Of a stretch of DNA of 64,000 nucleotides, positions 25,991 through 36,574 are shown one piece after another (positions within the stretch are counted from its first letter, which is position 1; each line of letters starts with the position of its first letter). Source of the DNA: Bacilli bacterium. GTDB lineage: Bacteria > Bacillota_I > Bacilli_A > RF39 > UBA660. Made by a program: the position numbers and the translations under genes. The DNA is taken from the NCBI GenBank assembly GCA_017542465.1, contig JAFXXB010000040.1, positions 24,301 through 88,300 of the forward strand, written 5' to 3'. The notes beneath the pieces were generated by a model. That model did not search any database, was not told the origin of the DNA, and worked only from the letters and a program-made list of their open reading frames with translations.

Positions 25991-28900
25991 AATATGTCCT
26001 TTTTAATTGAGTATAAGTATATATTAGTTTTCTTATTATATCTAGATTCTATATATTCTTTATATCCAGTTAATTGTTCTTTATATTCAGGACTATCTAT
26101 ATTATTTGTTTTGTAATCTATGATATCAAAATGTTCATCATATTCTACAAGTAAATCTATAAATCCATGATATGTAGAACCGTCTTTCTTAAATTTTATT
26201 TCATGTTCTTTATATATCTTAGCATTAGATATATCTTTTACTTCATCGTGCTTTAAGAATGCTTTAATATAATTCTTATATTCATCAATTATACTTAAAT
26301 CATTTAAGTTATCATGATTAAAATCATATACTTCAAAACAGTAATGCATGATAGTACCTAGATCAAGTATATCCTTTAACTCTTGAGTCATAACTGAAGT
26401 AAGAGGTTTACTGAAATGCTTATTATCTAATACTTTATTATCTATATTTAATTCATTAACATCTATAGTATCTTTAGATGGTTTTATTAATGAATTATAA
26501 TCATCTTTCTTAGATATAAGATTATTTTTAATACCCAATTCATTTATATTAATATACTTAATATTGTTTAAGAAATAAGGTTTAATTATTGTTACAAAAT
26601 CTCTAAAACTCTTACACTTTAATAAGTCATGAGGTTCTATTGATTCATTATTAATTAACTTATCATTAAAATCAGTAATAAGTATAAAGTTTTCTTTAGC
26701 TCTAGTTATAGCAACATAGAATAATCTAATTCTTTCAGATATAGTTTCTATATCTTGTTTTTGTTTATATAACTTATACATGAATGTAGTATCTATACCA
26801 TCATTATTGAAAGGTACTAATAAACCTAATTCATTATCGATTACGAATTTACCTGATCTATCTTTCATGAAATTAGTTGCTAGATAAGGCATATAAACAT
26901 AGTTAAACTCTAACCCTTTAGATCCATGAATTGTCATGATAGTAACAGCATCTTTATCTGATTGTTCTATCTCCATTTGAATATCATCATCATCTGATGA
27001 AACAATATCATTAAAGTATTGTTCCATAGTGTAGATATCCATACCAAACTTATTTAAATCGTTTGATTGTTTAATAAAATGTTCTAGTTTAGCTAATCTT
27101 TCATCTATATTACCAACACTTATAGTTTTATTGATAAAATCAAATTCATCTATTAGTTTATATAATATTTCCTTATTTGATAGTGAATCAATATAATTAG
27201 ATATCTCTTTTAACTTAATATATAAATCAGTATCTTTAAACTTTCTTAACTTAATTGCATCATATATTTCTTGATCATCCATTTTGTATATATATGATCT
27301 AGCAATAGATGCATATGCATGTTTAAATGGTTCTTTATATTCATTTTTCTTAATACATGTTAAACATGTAATTAAGTTCTTTAGGATATATATTTCATCA
27401 TCATTCTTAATAGATAAACCTTTAGCTATATAAGCAGGTATTCCTTTAGATTCTAATACTTTCTTTAATGTTTCAAATCTAGTAGAAGTATCTACTAGTA
27501 TGCAGAAATCTTTATATCTTATAGGTTTAAATTCATCATCATTATAGGCATGACGATTCATCTTATTTTTTATATCATCTGCTATTATATATGCTTCTAT
27601 TAAATCATTCTTATATTTTTTATCTTCGTTGTTATAGTTAAGAATAGATAAATTATAATCTACATCTTTATCTATATTCTTATCATAATCAACTTTTCCA
27701 TGTTCCATCTTATGTGTTGCCTTATAATTAGCTCCACCTATTTCATCAAACATGATAAGTGAGAACATATCATTTATATTGTTAATAACTTCTCCTCTAG
27801 ATCTAAAGTTAGATGTTAAATCTATTTTATATCCACCTTCATTATGAGAGTAGCTATCATATTTAGATTTAAATAACTTAGGATTAGCATTTCTAAATCC
27901 ATATATAGATTGTTTAATATCTCCAACCATATATAAGTTATTATTTTCAATATAACTAATAAATTCATCTTGTATATCATTTGTATCTTGATATTCATCT
28001 ATAAGTATTTCATGAGTTTTATTCTTTATTTCATTTCTTATATCTTTATGATTCCTTACTAGTTCTATAGCTTTAAATGCTATATCAGTAAATTCATATG
28101 AGTTATGTTCTTTTTTAAACTTATTCATTCTATCATCTAATTCAAGTATGATATTTTTAAGTTCTATAACATCATCATATGTAGATAAATAGTATTCTTT
28201 TAAATCTTTTCTATAATAATTTAATTGAGTACCTAATGATTTATAGATGTCAGTATAAGTTGAATCTTTTATACCTTTAATATATTCTTTATCATCATAT
28301 GTATTTTCTTTTATAGTACTTACTTTAATAGATGAATAATTATCTATTAATTCATCTAATGATGTAATTGATTGCATCAAAGATAATACTTTATTGTTAT
28401 TTTCAATTGTTTTCTCATCACTTGAATGTTCAACAAATACTTCGAATACTTCAATTAACTTATTAAACTCATCAAATATATTATTTTCATATTCATCTAA
28501 CTTATTTTCAATAAATTCATCAGTATAATATGAATCTATATTTAAGAATTTATCTTTATTAACTATATTAGTATATTTACTATATATTTCTATTATATCT
28601 TTTCTTAAATCTTCGTCATCTTTATAACATAAGTTATTAATTAGTTTAATATATTTCTCATCTTGTTTCTCATATTTATCTTCTAATATTTCATCTAATA
28701 TATTTCTTAATTCTGTTTTAGCTATAGATGAATCTATTATATTAAAGTTTTTATCTATATCTAATAGATATGAATACTTATTTACTAATGAATGAGCAAA
28801 TGAATCAAATGTAGATATATAAGCTGAATCAATATATTTAGCATCTTCTACATTATTCTCTGTTAATATTTTTCTTATTCTTTCTTTCATTTCATTAGCA

Positions 28901-29076
28901 GCTTTTTTAGTAAATGTTAATATTATTAAATCATTTATAGATGTACCATCTTGTACTTCTTTTAAAACTCTTTCTTTAAGTACAAAAGTCTTACCAGATC
29001 CTGCTCCTGCGGAAACGATAATGTTACATCCATTTTTTTCTATTGCTTCTTTTTGTTGTGGTGTTGGATTACTCAT
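25978..29076 (-). CDS. addA: ATP-dependent helicase/nuclease subunit A (AddA/RexA)
   Basis: I moved the start to ATG 29076, behind GAAGGAGA. The N-terminus reads '[29 protein letters not shown]'. UvrD-type motifs are 'ILIDEYQDTN', 'TIHGSKGLEF' and 'RLFYVAITRAKE'. The C-terminal RecB-type nuclease motif is 'HGFIDLLVEYDEHFDIIDYKTN'. Confidence 0.9.
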   Translation of the reverse strand: MSNPTPQQKEAIEKNGCNIIVSAGAGSGKTFVLKERVLKEVQDGTSINDLIILTFTKKAANEMKERIRKILTENNVEDAKYIDSAYISTFDSFAHSLVNKYSYLLDIDKNFNIIDSSIAKTELRNILDEILEDKYEKQDEKYIKLINNLCYKDDEDLRKDIIEIYSKYTNIVNKDKFLNIDSYYTDEFIENKLDEYENNIFDEFNKLIEVFEVFVEHSSDEKTIENNNKVLSLMQSITSLDELIDNYSSIKVSTIKENTYDDKEYIKGIKDSTYTDIYKSLGTQLNYYRKDLKEYYLSTYDDVIELKNIILELDDRMNKFKKEHNSYEFTDIAFKAIELVRNHKDIRNEIKNKTHEILIDEYQDTNDIQDEFISYIENNNLYMVGDIKQSIYGFRNANPKLFKSKYDSYSHNEGGYKIDLTSNFRSRGEVINNINDMFSLIMFDEIGGANYKATHKMEHGKVDYDKNIDKDVDYNLSILNYNNEDKKYKNDLIEAYIIADDIKNKMNRHAYNDDEFKPIRYKDFCILVDTSTRFETLKKVLESKGIPAYIAKGLSIKNDDEIYILKNLITCLTCIKKNEYKEPFKHAYASIARSYIYKMDDQEIYDAIKLRKFKDTDLYIKLKEISNYIDSLSNKEILYKLIDEFDFINKTISVGNIDERLAKLEHFIKQSNDLNKFGMDIYTMEQYFNDIVSSDDDDIQMEIEQSDKDAVTIMTIHGSKGLEFNYVYMPYLATNFMKDRSGKFVIDNELGLLVPFNNDGIDTTFMYKLYKQKQDIETISERIRLFYVAITRAKENFILITDFNDKLINNESIEPHDLLKCKSFRDFVTIIKPYFLNNIKYININELGIKNNLISKKDDYNSLIKPSKDTIDVNELNIDNKVLDNKHFSKPLTSVMTQELKDILDLGTIMHYCFEVYDFNHDNLNDLSIIDEYKNYIKAFLKHDEVKDISNAKIYKEHEIKFKKDGSTYHGFIDLLVEYDEHFDIIDYKTNNIDSPEYKEQLTGYKEYIESRYNKKTNIYLYSIKKDIFKKL

Positions 29077-31435
29077 TATTATCATCTCCTTCTGTTGTAT
29101 ATAAATAGTTATAATCTGATTCTTTCTTATAACATACATCACGGAATGGGCAGAACTTACATCCATCTTCTTTACCATCATTTAAATTAATTGGTTTAAT
29201 ATCAAACTTAGCATCATACACATCATTTATACATTCAACCATTAGATTCTTAATACTATTCTTTATATCTTCTTTTTCTTCTATAGTATATTCTCTTTTA
29301 GCTGAAGTAGTCATGATATCTTTAGGATTAATAGATGCTATTTCATTTGTATATGCTGGATTATATATACCATCTAGTTTTAACTCATTCTTTCTTAATT
29401 CTAATTGAGTTTTCTTAACGTCTTTTTTATTATTACCAGTTAATATATGTTGTAGATAAATACCTGCTACATTTAATTCAGGATTAATAGTTTCAAGTAA
29501 ATACATATAAATAGGTAATTGAATATGTAATCCATAATCAAATGTTTCTCTTTTTATTTCATCAGATGTACCTGTTTTATAATCAATTACAAATACATCA
29601 TTTTCAACAACTATGCACTTATCAACAAATCCTTTAATGGTAGCATTTGTTTTAGTATCTAATCCTATATCTTGTGTTTTAACTAATACTTCTTTTTCAT
29701 GCCATTCAGTGAATCCTGGATCTAATTGTTCATATTGTTCTTTAATTATATCCATGATAGTATGTATTTCTTGTCTAACTTTTTCAATAAAGAATGTATC
29801 TTTCTTATTAAAGATATATTTATTTCTATCATCATCAGGCAAGTTATTATTATCATTTATAAACTTATCATATACTTCATCTATATCTTTAGTATTATCA
29901 GTTAAACATATCTCTAATACATAATGGAATAAACTACCTATAAATAGATTATTATTCTTAGTAAATTCATTTATATATAATACATTATTACAGTAGAATC
30001 TAAATGGACATTTAAAGTAATTAGACATACTAGAATATGAATAATTAATACCTTCTATATGTGTATTTAATCCTGTGAATTTATTATCATATTCATTATA
30101 ATTAATCTTATAATTATTCTTTAAGATAGGAAGTAATTCATCATCTATTTTAAACTTAATTAAGTTATCTAACTTCTTAGCATATGCTAGTTTATTTATA
30201 TCATTAGAGTAATTAGATATATAATTCCTTATATCCTCTTCTTTAAAATATTCTTTAACTAAATATGAAGGCATATAACTATCAAATAAAGAAGATAGTT
30301 TATATGTTATAGTTAAGTTCTTTATACTCTTAATAGAGTTAACTAATGTATCCTTATATATAATATTTAATTCATTTGTATTCTCTAAAATATTAGGTTT
30401 AATCTTATCATCTATATAATCTTCATCTTTTTTAATCTTAGGAAATACTCCTTGATTAAAGTTCATTAAGAATACATATTCATCATCATTAAAGATATTA
30501 TCATATATATCAGTTGTTACTATTTCTTGTTCCATATGAACTGATGGAAGAGTAGTAGTCTTAGCTTCTTCTATCATGATATCTTTAACATCTAGATATG
30601 ATGATGCCCAGTAGTATTTATTAACTAAAGAGAATAACTTATCATATATAACTTTATTAGATTCATTATTGTTTATATCAAATACTCTTTCTATTTCTTT
30701 AAATAGATCATTTATATTATCATTTAGATTATTAAAGAAATACTTTGATATAGCTGTATCATATAAGATATTTTCATTCTTAATAAAATATGGAATATTA
30801 TATGCTTTAAATATTCTTCTTATAGTAAAATCATATTCTTCATTTAATCCTGTTATATATATTTTATTTAAAGGTATACCTTGATTAATTAATTTAGCTA
30901 TTTCTTCAGCAACATATAGTACTTCATCTTCCATAGTTTTTGCTTTATGTACTACATGTTCATATTCTTTAACTTCTTTATTTATTATTTCTACATCTAT
31001 ATATTCCTTAGATAGATCTAATAAATAATTATTAAACTTAGTTATATAATCAAATCCATATACATATATCTTATTCTTAGATTTTAATAAGTCTTTAAAT
31101 AATTCATCTTTAATTAATAGGTTATTATCTAATAGATAATTCTTTAACTCTAATAGCTTATTTAACTTATCTACTTTATATTTATCTTCAGTTAAATAAT
31201 ACATGTTCTTTATTAAATCTTTTGAAAGTCCATATGAGATATTTTCTTTATTCATTAAAGAATAAATAGTTTTGTTATCATAGTCAAATAAAAGACCTTT
31301 TTTAAGATCATTAAAAGAGATTATTTTTATATTTAATAATAATCTATTATCATCTATATAATCTAATATTTTATCTTTAATATTACTAGGTATTAATAAA
31401 AAAGAATTGCTGTCTAAATCTTTAATAAAGTCCAT
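29069..31435 (-). CDS. addB: helicase/nuclease subunit B (AddB/RexB), Walker-A-less N-terminus, Fe-S nuclease domain
   Basis: It lies directly upstream of addA and overlaps it by 8 nt. The C-terminal nuclease motif is 'VFVIDYKTG'. Cysteines 'YFKCPFRFYC' and 'GCKFCPFRDVC' match the AddB 4Fe-4S pattern. I found no GxGKT in the N-terminus. Confidence 0.8.
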   Translation of the reverse strand: MDFIKDLDSNSFLLIPSNIKDKILDYIDDNRLLLNIKIISFNDLKKGLLFDYDNKTIYSLMNKENISYGLSKDLIKNMYYLTEDKYKVDKLNKLLELKNYLLDNNLLIKDELFKDLLKSKNKIYVYGFDYITKFNNYLLDLSKEYIDVEIINKEVKEYEHVVHKAKTMEDEVLYVAEEIAKLINQGIPLNKIYITGLNEEYDFTIRRIFKAYNIPYFIKNENILYDTAISKYFFNNLNDNINDLFKEIERVFDINNNESNKVIYDKLFSLVNKYYWASSYLDVKDIMIEEAKTTTLPSVHMEQEIVTTDIYDNIFNDDEYVFLMNFNQGVFPKIKKDEDYIDDKIKPNILENTNELNIIYKDTLVNSIKSIKNLTITYKLSSLFDSYMPSYLVKEYFKEEDIRNYISNYSNDINKLAYAKKLDNLIKFKIDDELLPILKNNYKINYNEYDNKFTGLNTHIEGINYSYSSMSNYFKCPFRFYCNNVLYINEFTKNNNLFIGSLFHYVLEICLTDNTKDIDEVYDKFINDNNNLPDDDRNKYIFNKKDTFFIEKVRQEIHTIMDIIKEQYEQLDPGFTEWHEKEVLVKTQDIGLDTKTNATIKGFVDKCIVVENDVFVIDYKTGTSDEIKRETFDYGLHIQLPIYMYLLETINPELNVAGIYLQHILTGNNKKDVKKTQLELRKNELKLDGIYNPAYTNEIASINPKDIMTTSAKREYTIEEKEDIKNSIKNLMVECINDVYDAKFDIKPINLNDGKEDGCKFCPFRDVCYKKESDYNYLYTTEGDDNNE

Positions 31436-31505
31436 GATTATCACCTATAAATATTATATCATTAAAAAAAGTTAAGTGATTACTTAACTTTCTATAATTA
31501 TTATT

Positions 31506-32471
31506 TTATTCACCTATAGGTTTAGAATCATATGATGAAGTTAAACCAAAGTAATCTTCCATGGTAATCCAATTACCATTGTTGTATAGTTTTTCAGCAA
31601 GTTCAGTACCTACATATCTAAAATGCCAAGATTCATACATATAACCTGTTTCATTATCTTTACCCTTAACATATCTTAAGATAAATCCATATTTATAAGC
31701 ATTTTCAGATAACCATTTAGCTTGATTAGTGTTATCAAATCCAGATGTAATACATGCACCAACATTTCTATCACATACATCAAATGCTAAACCAGTTTGA
31801 TGTTCTGAATAACCAGGTCTAGCTGAATATGTATCAGCTTTCTTTTGACCATCATTATTAACATATCTATTATAGATACTCTTTTGAGTACTATATGATC
31901 TAAATCCAGATGCTACATATAAGTTAAATCCTTTTTCTGATTTAGCTGCAGCAAACATTTTATTAGCAGCTTCATTTACAGTTGAGTTTAATTTACCAGG
32001 ACTATATGTTTCAGGTAAATCATATGTTTTATTAGCTACTAGGTATCCATCTACATAATAAATACCATCAACTAGTTTTACTTCATATCCTTTAGGTGTT
32101 TTACCTACAACTTCACCACCTGTAGGAGTTAAGATTTTATCATAGTTATAATCATTAGTAGCCTTAGTTGTTTTCTTTGTTGTACTTTTCTTTTCAGTAG
32201 TCTTAGTTGTAGTATCTCCTTCTTTAGTTGTTATATCACCAGATGTAGTAGTTGATGTTTCAGTAGGTATATATTTCTTTAAAGGTGACATAGTGAATAT
32301 AAATAGTCTTATAACAAATAGTATTAAAGCTATTACTATAGCTACTATAAAACCATATAAATAATTTCTTTTATTCTTCTTTCTTTTTAATTGAGTCATG
32401 ATATAAATTATAAAATATATTAAAGGAATTAATCCTACTATTACATAACTTATTAATTCAATATTATTCAT
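31506..32471 (-). CDS. membrane-anchored VanY/LdcB-like M15B D-alanyl-D-alanine (LD-) carboxypeptidase
   Basis: Two N-terminal hydrophobic helices and a Thr-rich linker come first. The catalytic motifs are 'SGFRSYSTQ', 'GYSEHQTGLAFDV' and 'ESWHFRYVG'. Confidence 0.85.
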   Translation of the reverse strand: MNNIELISYVIVGLIPLIYFIIYIMTQLKRKKNKRNYLYGFIVAIVIALILFVIRLFIFTMSPLKKYIPTETSTTTSGDITTKEGDTTTKTTEKKSTTKKTTKATNDYNYDKILTPTGGEVVGKTPKGYEVKLVDGIYYVDGYLVANKTYDLPETYSPGKLNSTVNEAANKMFAAAKSEKGFNLYVASGFRSYSTQKSIYNRYVNNDGQKKADTYSARPGYSEHQTGLAFDVCDRNVGACITSGFDNTNQAKWLSENAYKYGFILRYVKGKDNETGYMYESWHFRYVGTELAEKLYNNGNWITMEDYFGLTSSYDSKPIGE

Positions 32472-33183
32472 TTTTACCTCCTATATTTAATTTCTTAAAT
32501 GTTTCTCCTAACTTATCATTTATTTGTAATGTACATCTAACATTAACAGGATCTTTATTAATTATTATTAAGTTTTTACCATTGAAAGCATTTATCATAC
32601 CAGCTGCAGGATAAACTGTAAGTGAAGTTCCACCTACAATTAATGTATCAGCATTACCTATTGCTTCAATACTTTTATTAAATGCTTCTTCTGGTAACAT
32701 CTCACCATATAATACAACATCAGGTTTAATCATTCCTCCACATGTACATATGACTTTATCCATCTTTAATATATCATCTAGTGAATATTCTTTATTACAA
32801 TTAACACAATGATTTGTATTAATTGTTCCATGTATATGATATATATTCTTACTTCCTGCTTGTTCATGTAAGTTATCTATATTTTGTGTTACTATTGCTT
32901 TTAATTTACCCATACTCTCTAATTTACTTAAGAATTCATGAGTATAATTAGGTTTAATATCAGGATATATCATCTTATCAAAGTAGAATCTGTAGAATTC
33001 ATCATAGTTATAGTAAAAAAAACGATCAGATAGTATCAACTCTGGTGGATAATCATACTTTTGATTATATAAGCCATCTTGTGATCTAAAATCAGGTATA
33101 CCAGATTCTGTAGATACCCCAGCTCCTCCAAAGAAAACGATATTATCTGATTCGTTTATAATTCGTTCTAATTCTTCAATCAT
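32464..33183 (-). CDS. cobB: NAD-dependent protein deacylase (sirtuin, Sir2 family)
   Basis: The motifs are 'FFGGAGVSTESGIPDFRS', 'TQNIDNLHEQAG' and 'HG'. The Zn module is 'CVNCNKEY...CTCGGMIKPDVVLYGE'. Confidence 0.9.
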   Translation of the reverse strand: MIEELERIINESDNIVFFGGAGVSTESGIPDFRSQDGLYNQKYDYPPELILSDRFFYYNYDEFYRFYFDKMIYPDIKPNYTHEFLSKLESMGKLKAIVTQNIDNLHEQAGSKNIYHIHGTINTNHCVNCNKEYSLDDILKMDKVICTCGGMIKPDVVLYGEMLPEEAFNKSIEAIGNADTLIVGGTSLTVYPAAGMINAFNGKNLIIINKDPVNVRCTLQINDKLGETFKKLNIGGKNE

Positions 33184-33788
33184 TATTTATTAGATTTAAT
33201 AGTATTAAATATAATTAATCCTATTCCTAATACTTCTATAACTATAGATACAATAACCATGATATCTATAATATTCTTAGTAACTATATTTGCAGCATTT
33301 AGGTATGTAGTAACAATTAATACAACTAATCCTAATAATACTACACCTAAACCAATATCAATTCTTTTTTCACATTTCTTAGATTTATCAACCTTAGTTT
33401 CTTCTTTAACAGGTTCAACAGGTTTTTCTTCTTCTACTTTAACTTCTTCTAAAGGTCTTCCTTCAATTTTAACTTCAACAGGTTCTTCAACTTTTTCAGG
33501 AATAATTACTTCTGGTTCAACCTTAGTTTCTTCAGTTTCAACAGGAGCAATAACAACGTCTGTTTCTTGTTCAACAACCTTTACTTCTTCAACTTTAGGT
33601 AACTCTTTAACTTCTGTCTTCTTAACTACCTTTTTTGTTTGTTTCTTCTTAGGTGCTGTAGAAGTTTTCTTAGGAGCTACTTTTTTATTTGTATTTTTTC
33701 TAGTACCAGTTCTTTTTTTAGTGCTAGTATTTCCTTTTTTAGTTGTTCTTTTAGTTGTGCTAGTTTTCTTTTTCTTTTCCTCAGCCAT
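33183..33788 (-). CDS. membrane protein with a highly basic, then acidic, disordered N-terminal region
   Basis: The N-terminus is 'MAEEKKKKTSTTKRTTKKGNTSTKKRTGTRKN...'. E/V/P-rich repeats follow, with two C-terminal TM helices. An ATGA start/stop overlap links it to cobB. Confidence 0.6.
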   Translation of the reverse strand: MAEEKKKKTSTTKRTTKKGNTSTKKRTGTRKNTNKKVAPKKTSTAPKKKQTKKVVKKTEVKELPKVEEVKVVEQETDVVIAPVETEETKVEPEVIIPEKVEEPVEVKIEGRPLEEVKVEEEKPVEPVKEETKVDKSKKCEKRIDIGLGVVLLGLVVLIVTTYLNAANIVTKNIIDIMVIVSIVIEVLGIGLIIFNTIKSNK

Positions 33789-33870
33789 TTTATATCCACC
33801 TCTAGATAATATTATAATACATATTAAAAATAATATCTATTTATATTATAATATTTATAGGTGATTTCTT

Positions 33871-34488
33871 ATGAAGAAGTTGGATATTATTTATGAAGAT
33901 AAAAAAATACTAGTTATTAACAAAGAATATAATGTTTTAACTATAGGTACAGACAAAGATAAAATACATAATTTATATCATGAAGTAAGAGAATATTTAA
34001 ATAAAAAGAATCAAAAAGTATTTATTGTTCATAGATTAGATAAGGATACATCCGGGGTAATAGTGTTTGCTAAGGATGAACAAACAAAAAAGAGATTACA
34101 AGATAACTGGGAATCATATACAAGAGAGTATAGAGCAGTTGTTCATGGTAAAGTAAAAGATGATAAGAAAAGAATAATAGAATATTTAAAAGAAAATAAA
34201 GAACATATAGTATATGCTACAAATAAGAATGAAGGATTAATAGCAGTTACCAATATAGAGGTAATAAAAAGATTTAATAAGGTAACATATCTTAATGTAT
34301 TAATAGAAACAGGAAGAAAGAATCAAATAAGAGTAGCTTTAGCCAATCTAGGACATCCAATTCTAGGAGATAAGAAGTATGGACTTAAAGATAAAGCACC
34401 TAGAATGTTCTTACATGCTTATAAATTAGTTATAGATGGTAAGGAATATATAGCTAAATTACCTAAAGAGTTTAATATTTATGAATAA
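33871..34488 (+). CDS. RluA-family pseudouridine synthase (no S4 domain)
   Basis: The catalytic Asp box is 'HRLDKDTSGVIVFAK', followed by 'GRKNQIRVALANLGHPILGDKKYG'. Confidence 0.85.
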   Translation: MKKLDIIYEDKKILVINKEYNVLTIGTDKDKIHNLYHEVREYLNKKNQKVFIVHRLDKDTSGVIVFAKDEQTKKRLQDNWESYTREYRAVVHGKVKDDKKRIIEYLKENKEHIVYATNKNEGLIAVTNIEVIKRFNKVTYLNVLIETGRKNQIRVALANLGHPILGDKKYGLKDKAPRMFLHAYKLVIDGKEYIAKLPKEFNIYE

Positions 34489-34514
34489 TAAAACTACACT
34501 TATGTGTAGTTTTT
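34489..34514. terminator. bidirectional hairpin terminator
   Basis: AAAACTACAC-ttat-GTGTAGTTTT between convergent genes. Confidence 0.75.
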
Positions 34515-34537
34515 ATTAAAATGATCCTTCTTCCATA

Positions 34538-34765
34538 TTACAATAACTCATCCTTATTATCGTCATCTCTAAACTCTAAGATATCACCAGGTTGGCATTT
34601 TAATACCTTACAAATACCTTCAAGTGTTGAAAATCTAATAGCTTTAGCTTTACCTGTTTTAATATTTGACATATTAGCAGTAGTTATTCCAACATTCTCT
34701 GCTAATTGATTTAATGACATTTTTTTATCTAACATTACATGATCTAATTTAATTACTATTCCCAT
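34538..34765 (-). CDS. XRE/Cro-type helix-turn-helix transcriptional regulator (YozG-like small HTH)
   Basis: 'LDKKMSLNQLAENVGITTANMSNIKTGKAKAIRFSTLEGICKVLKCQPGDILEF' is a typical HTH_26/YozG-like pattern. Confidence 0.85.
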   Translation of the reverse strand: MGIVIKLDHVMLDKKMSLNQLAENVGITTANMSNIKTGKAKAIRFSTLEGICKVLKCQPGDILEFRDDDNKDELL

Positions 34766-34819
34766 AGTTTCACTCCCTTTGTATATCTTATTATAACATT
34801 TTTTTATTGTTATTCAATA

Positions 34820-35068
34820 CTATTTATTAAAATTTTCATAATAATCTCTTTCAGATAATATATCTAATAGATTATTTAATACATCATCATTAGTTTCATC
34901 ATATACATTTTCTATTTTATAGATTAATTCATTTAAACTCTTACATGATAGATAATCTATATTATATTCTTTTAAGATATCAATTTGTTCTTCTGATAAC
35001 ATTAATCCATTAGGTAGAGTTTTCATCATAGTATAATCTGGATTAATTTCTACATCTATATTATCCAT
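34820..35068 (-). CDS. small acidic hypothetical protein
   Basis: The ORF is 82 aa and overlaps the upstream gene by 8 nt. I recognise no motif. Confidence 0.5.
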   Translation of the reverse strand: MDNIDVEINPDYTMMKTLPNGLMLSEEQIDILKEYNIDYLSCKSLNELIYKIENVYDETNDDVLNNLLDILSERDYYENFNK

Positions 35069-35381
35069 GATTAATTAAAGTAGATACATCAAAGTTATTT
35101 AAGAAATAATAACCTGCATATACTACAACACCAAATATTAATAACATAAATAATGCAGGTAAAAAATCTTTAATTGATATACCTTTTTCTTTCTTTACTA
35201 CTTTAGGCATTTCTACTTCTTTTTGAATAGGAATAGCATTAGTATCTACTATTTCTTCATCAAGATCATAATAGTTTTGCCCATGAAGTGCTATTTCAAC
35301 TTCTTCTATCTTTTTATCAAAGTCAGCAACAAAATTATTATTAGCATCAAATAGTTTAATTGTATCTTCATTACTGTACAT
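35061..35381 (-). CDS. hypothetical protein with a C-terminal TM anchor
   Basis: The start is set at ATG 35381. An acidic N-terminal region is followed by the TM 'FLPALFMLLIFGVVVYAGYYFL'. Confidence 0.5.
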   Translation of the reverse strand: MYSNEDTIKLFDANNNFVADFDKKIEEVEIALHGQNYYDLDEEIVDTNAIPIQKEVEMPKVVKKEKGISIKDFLPALFMLLIFGVVVYAGYYFLNNFDVSTLINHG

Positions 35382-35498
35382 ATCTATCAACTCTATCTCT
35401 TAAAAAATAATAGCATAATATATTCTTAAAAACAATCATATTTGTTTACTAAGATTTATCAAATATGATAAAATGTTATAAGAATAGGAGGCTTAAAG

Positions 35499-36554
35499 AT
35501 GGAACAAGTTATTAAAACATTTTTAGATGAACTAAATGATCGTGTTAACTTAATTACTTCAATGGATGATAAACTTGATTCATCTAAAGTTGACCAATTA
35601 AAAAGTATAATAGATAAGTATGGAGTATTAGATTCATCTAAGTTTAATAAGGAAGATTTAGAGTATGTATTAAGTATTGTTAATACTGAATCTACTACTG
35701 ATAATAAGCTTATAGATGAAGCTATAAATCAGTTTATTGATGATTTTAATACTGCAAAAAAAACTCATATAACTACTACTGAATCATCAGTTAATAAATA
35801 TAGAAAATATATTGATATCTTAAATGGTAATGATAGAGAATTATTTATTGATTTTGATGAGTTAAATGAAATAATGAGTGAGTTAGGAACACCAATCCCA
35901 GATAAATGGAAAATAATATCATACATAAATGAATGTAATATTAATAATAATAAAGATATGATTACTTTATTAAATCTAAATAGCAAGTTAAATACATATA
36001 ATAAATTATATTTAGATAATAAAGATTTAAACAATTATATTGAGGAATCTATTAAAGATTTAAATATTGATATAGATATGATTCCATCACTTTCAAAGAA
36101 AATAGCAAATAATACATATGATGAAAATAAAGTTAAGAATGCTATGAGTACTATTATATTAAATAAACTATATAATGAGTTAAGTGAATCAACTGATGAT
36201 AAACAAAAGGATAATCTACAAGAGATGATTAATGATACTTTAAATTATATAGATGATTATGAAGATAAAATAGTTAATCCAATTAAAGATATTATTATTA
36301 ATTATGAAGATTTATTAAATGAAGAAATTAATAAAGGTAATGATATAAATACATATTTAGATATATCTGTAGATGATTTGGAAAAACTAGTAGGTGATAG
36401 GGATAAAGCATTAGCTTTAAAGAAATTACCTTTAATTAAGAGTATGAAAGATACTATAAATTCAATAGATGAATGTGATAAGTCTAGTGATGATTTAATT
36501 AATTATCTTAATTTATTAAATGATTTAAACAAACTATATACTGAAACAAATTAA
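35499..36554 (+). CDS. acidic, helix-rich hypothetical protein
   Basis: The RBS is TAGGAGGC. The product is 351 aa, rich in D/E/N/K and lacking a TM. I recognise no motif. Confidence 0.55.
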   Translation: MEQVIKTFLDELNDRVNLITSMDDKLDSSKVDQLKSIIDKYGVLDSSKFNKEDLEYVLSIVNTESTTDNKLIDEAINQFIDDFNTAKKTHITTTESSVNKYRKYIDILNGNDRELFIDFDELNEIMSELGTPIPDKWKIISYINECNINNNKDMITLLNLNSKLNTYNKLYLDNKDLNNYIEESIKDLNIDIDMIPSLSKKIANNTYDENKVKNAMSTIILNKLYNELSESTDDKQKDNLQEMINDTLNYIDDYEDKIVNPIKDIIINYEDLLNEEINKGNDINTYLDISVDDLEKLVGDRDKALALKKLPLIKSMKDTINSIDECDKSSDDLINYLNLLNDLNKLYTETN

Positions 36555-36574
36555 TAAAGAAAGAAGAATAAAGA

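Noticed and set aside
31506-33788. The membrane protein - sirtuin - VanY-like operon as a possible defence-type Sir2 system
   Set aside because: The sirtuin has the complete canonical CobB-type motifs and Zn ribbon and is of normal size. It lacks the fusion domains and partners (TIR, HerA, pAgo and similar) seen in defence-associated SIR2 proteins. An ordinary deacylase is the most likely reading.
33259-33864. A 201-aa + strand ORF exactly mirroring the 33183-33788 gene
   Set aside because: It is a shadow ORF of a low-complexity K/E/T/V-rich gene. The - strand reading has an RBS, an ATGA start/stop overlap coupling it to cobB, and sensible TM helices. The + strand reading is S/T/F/L-rich and has no start context.
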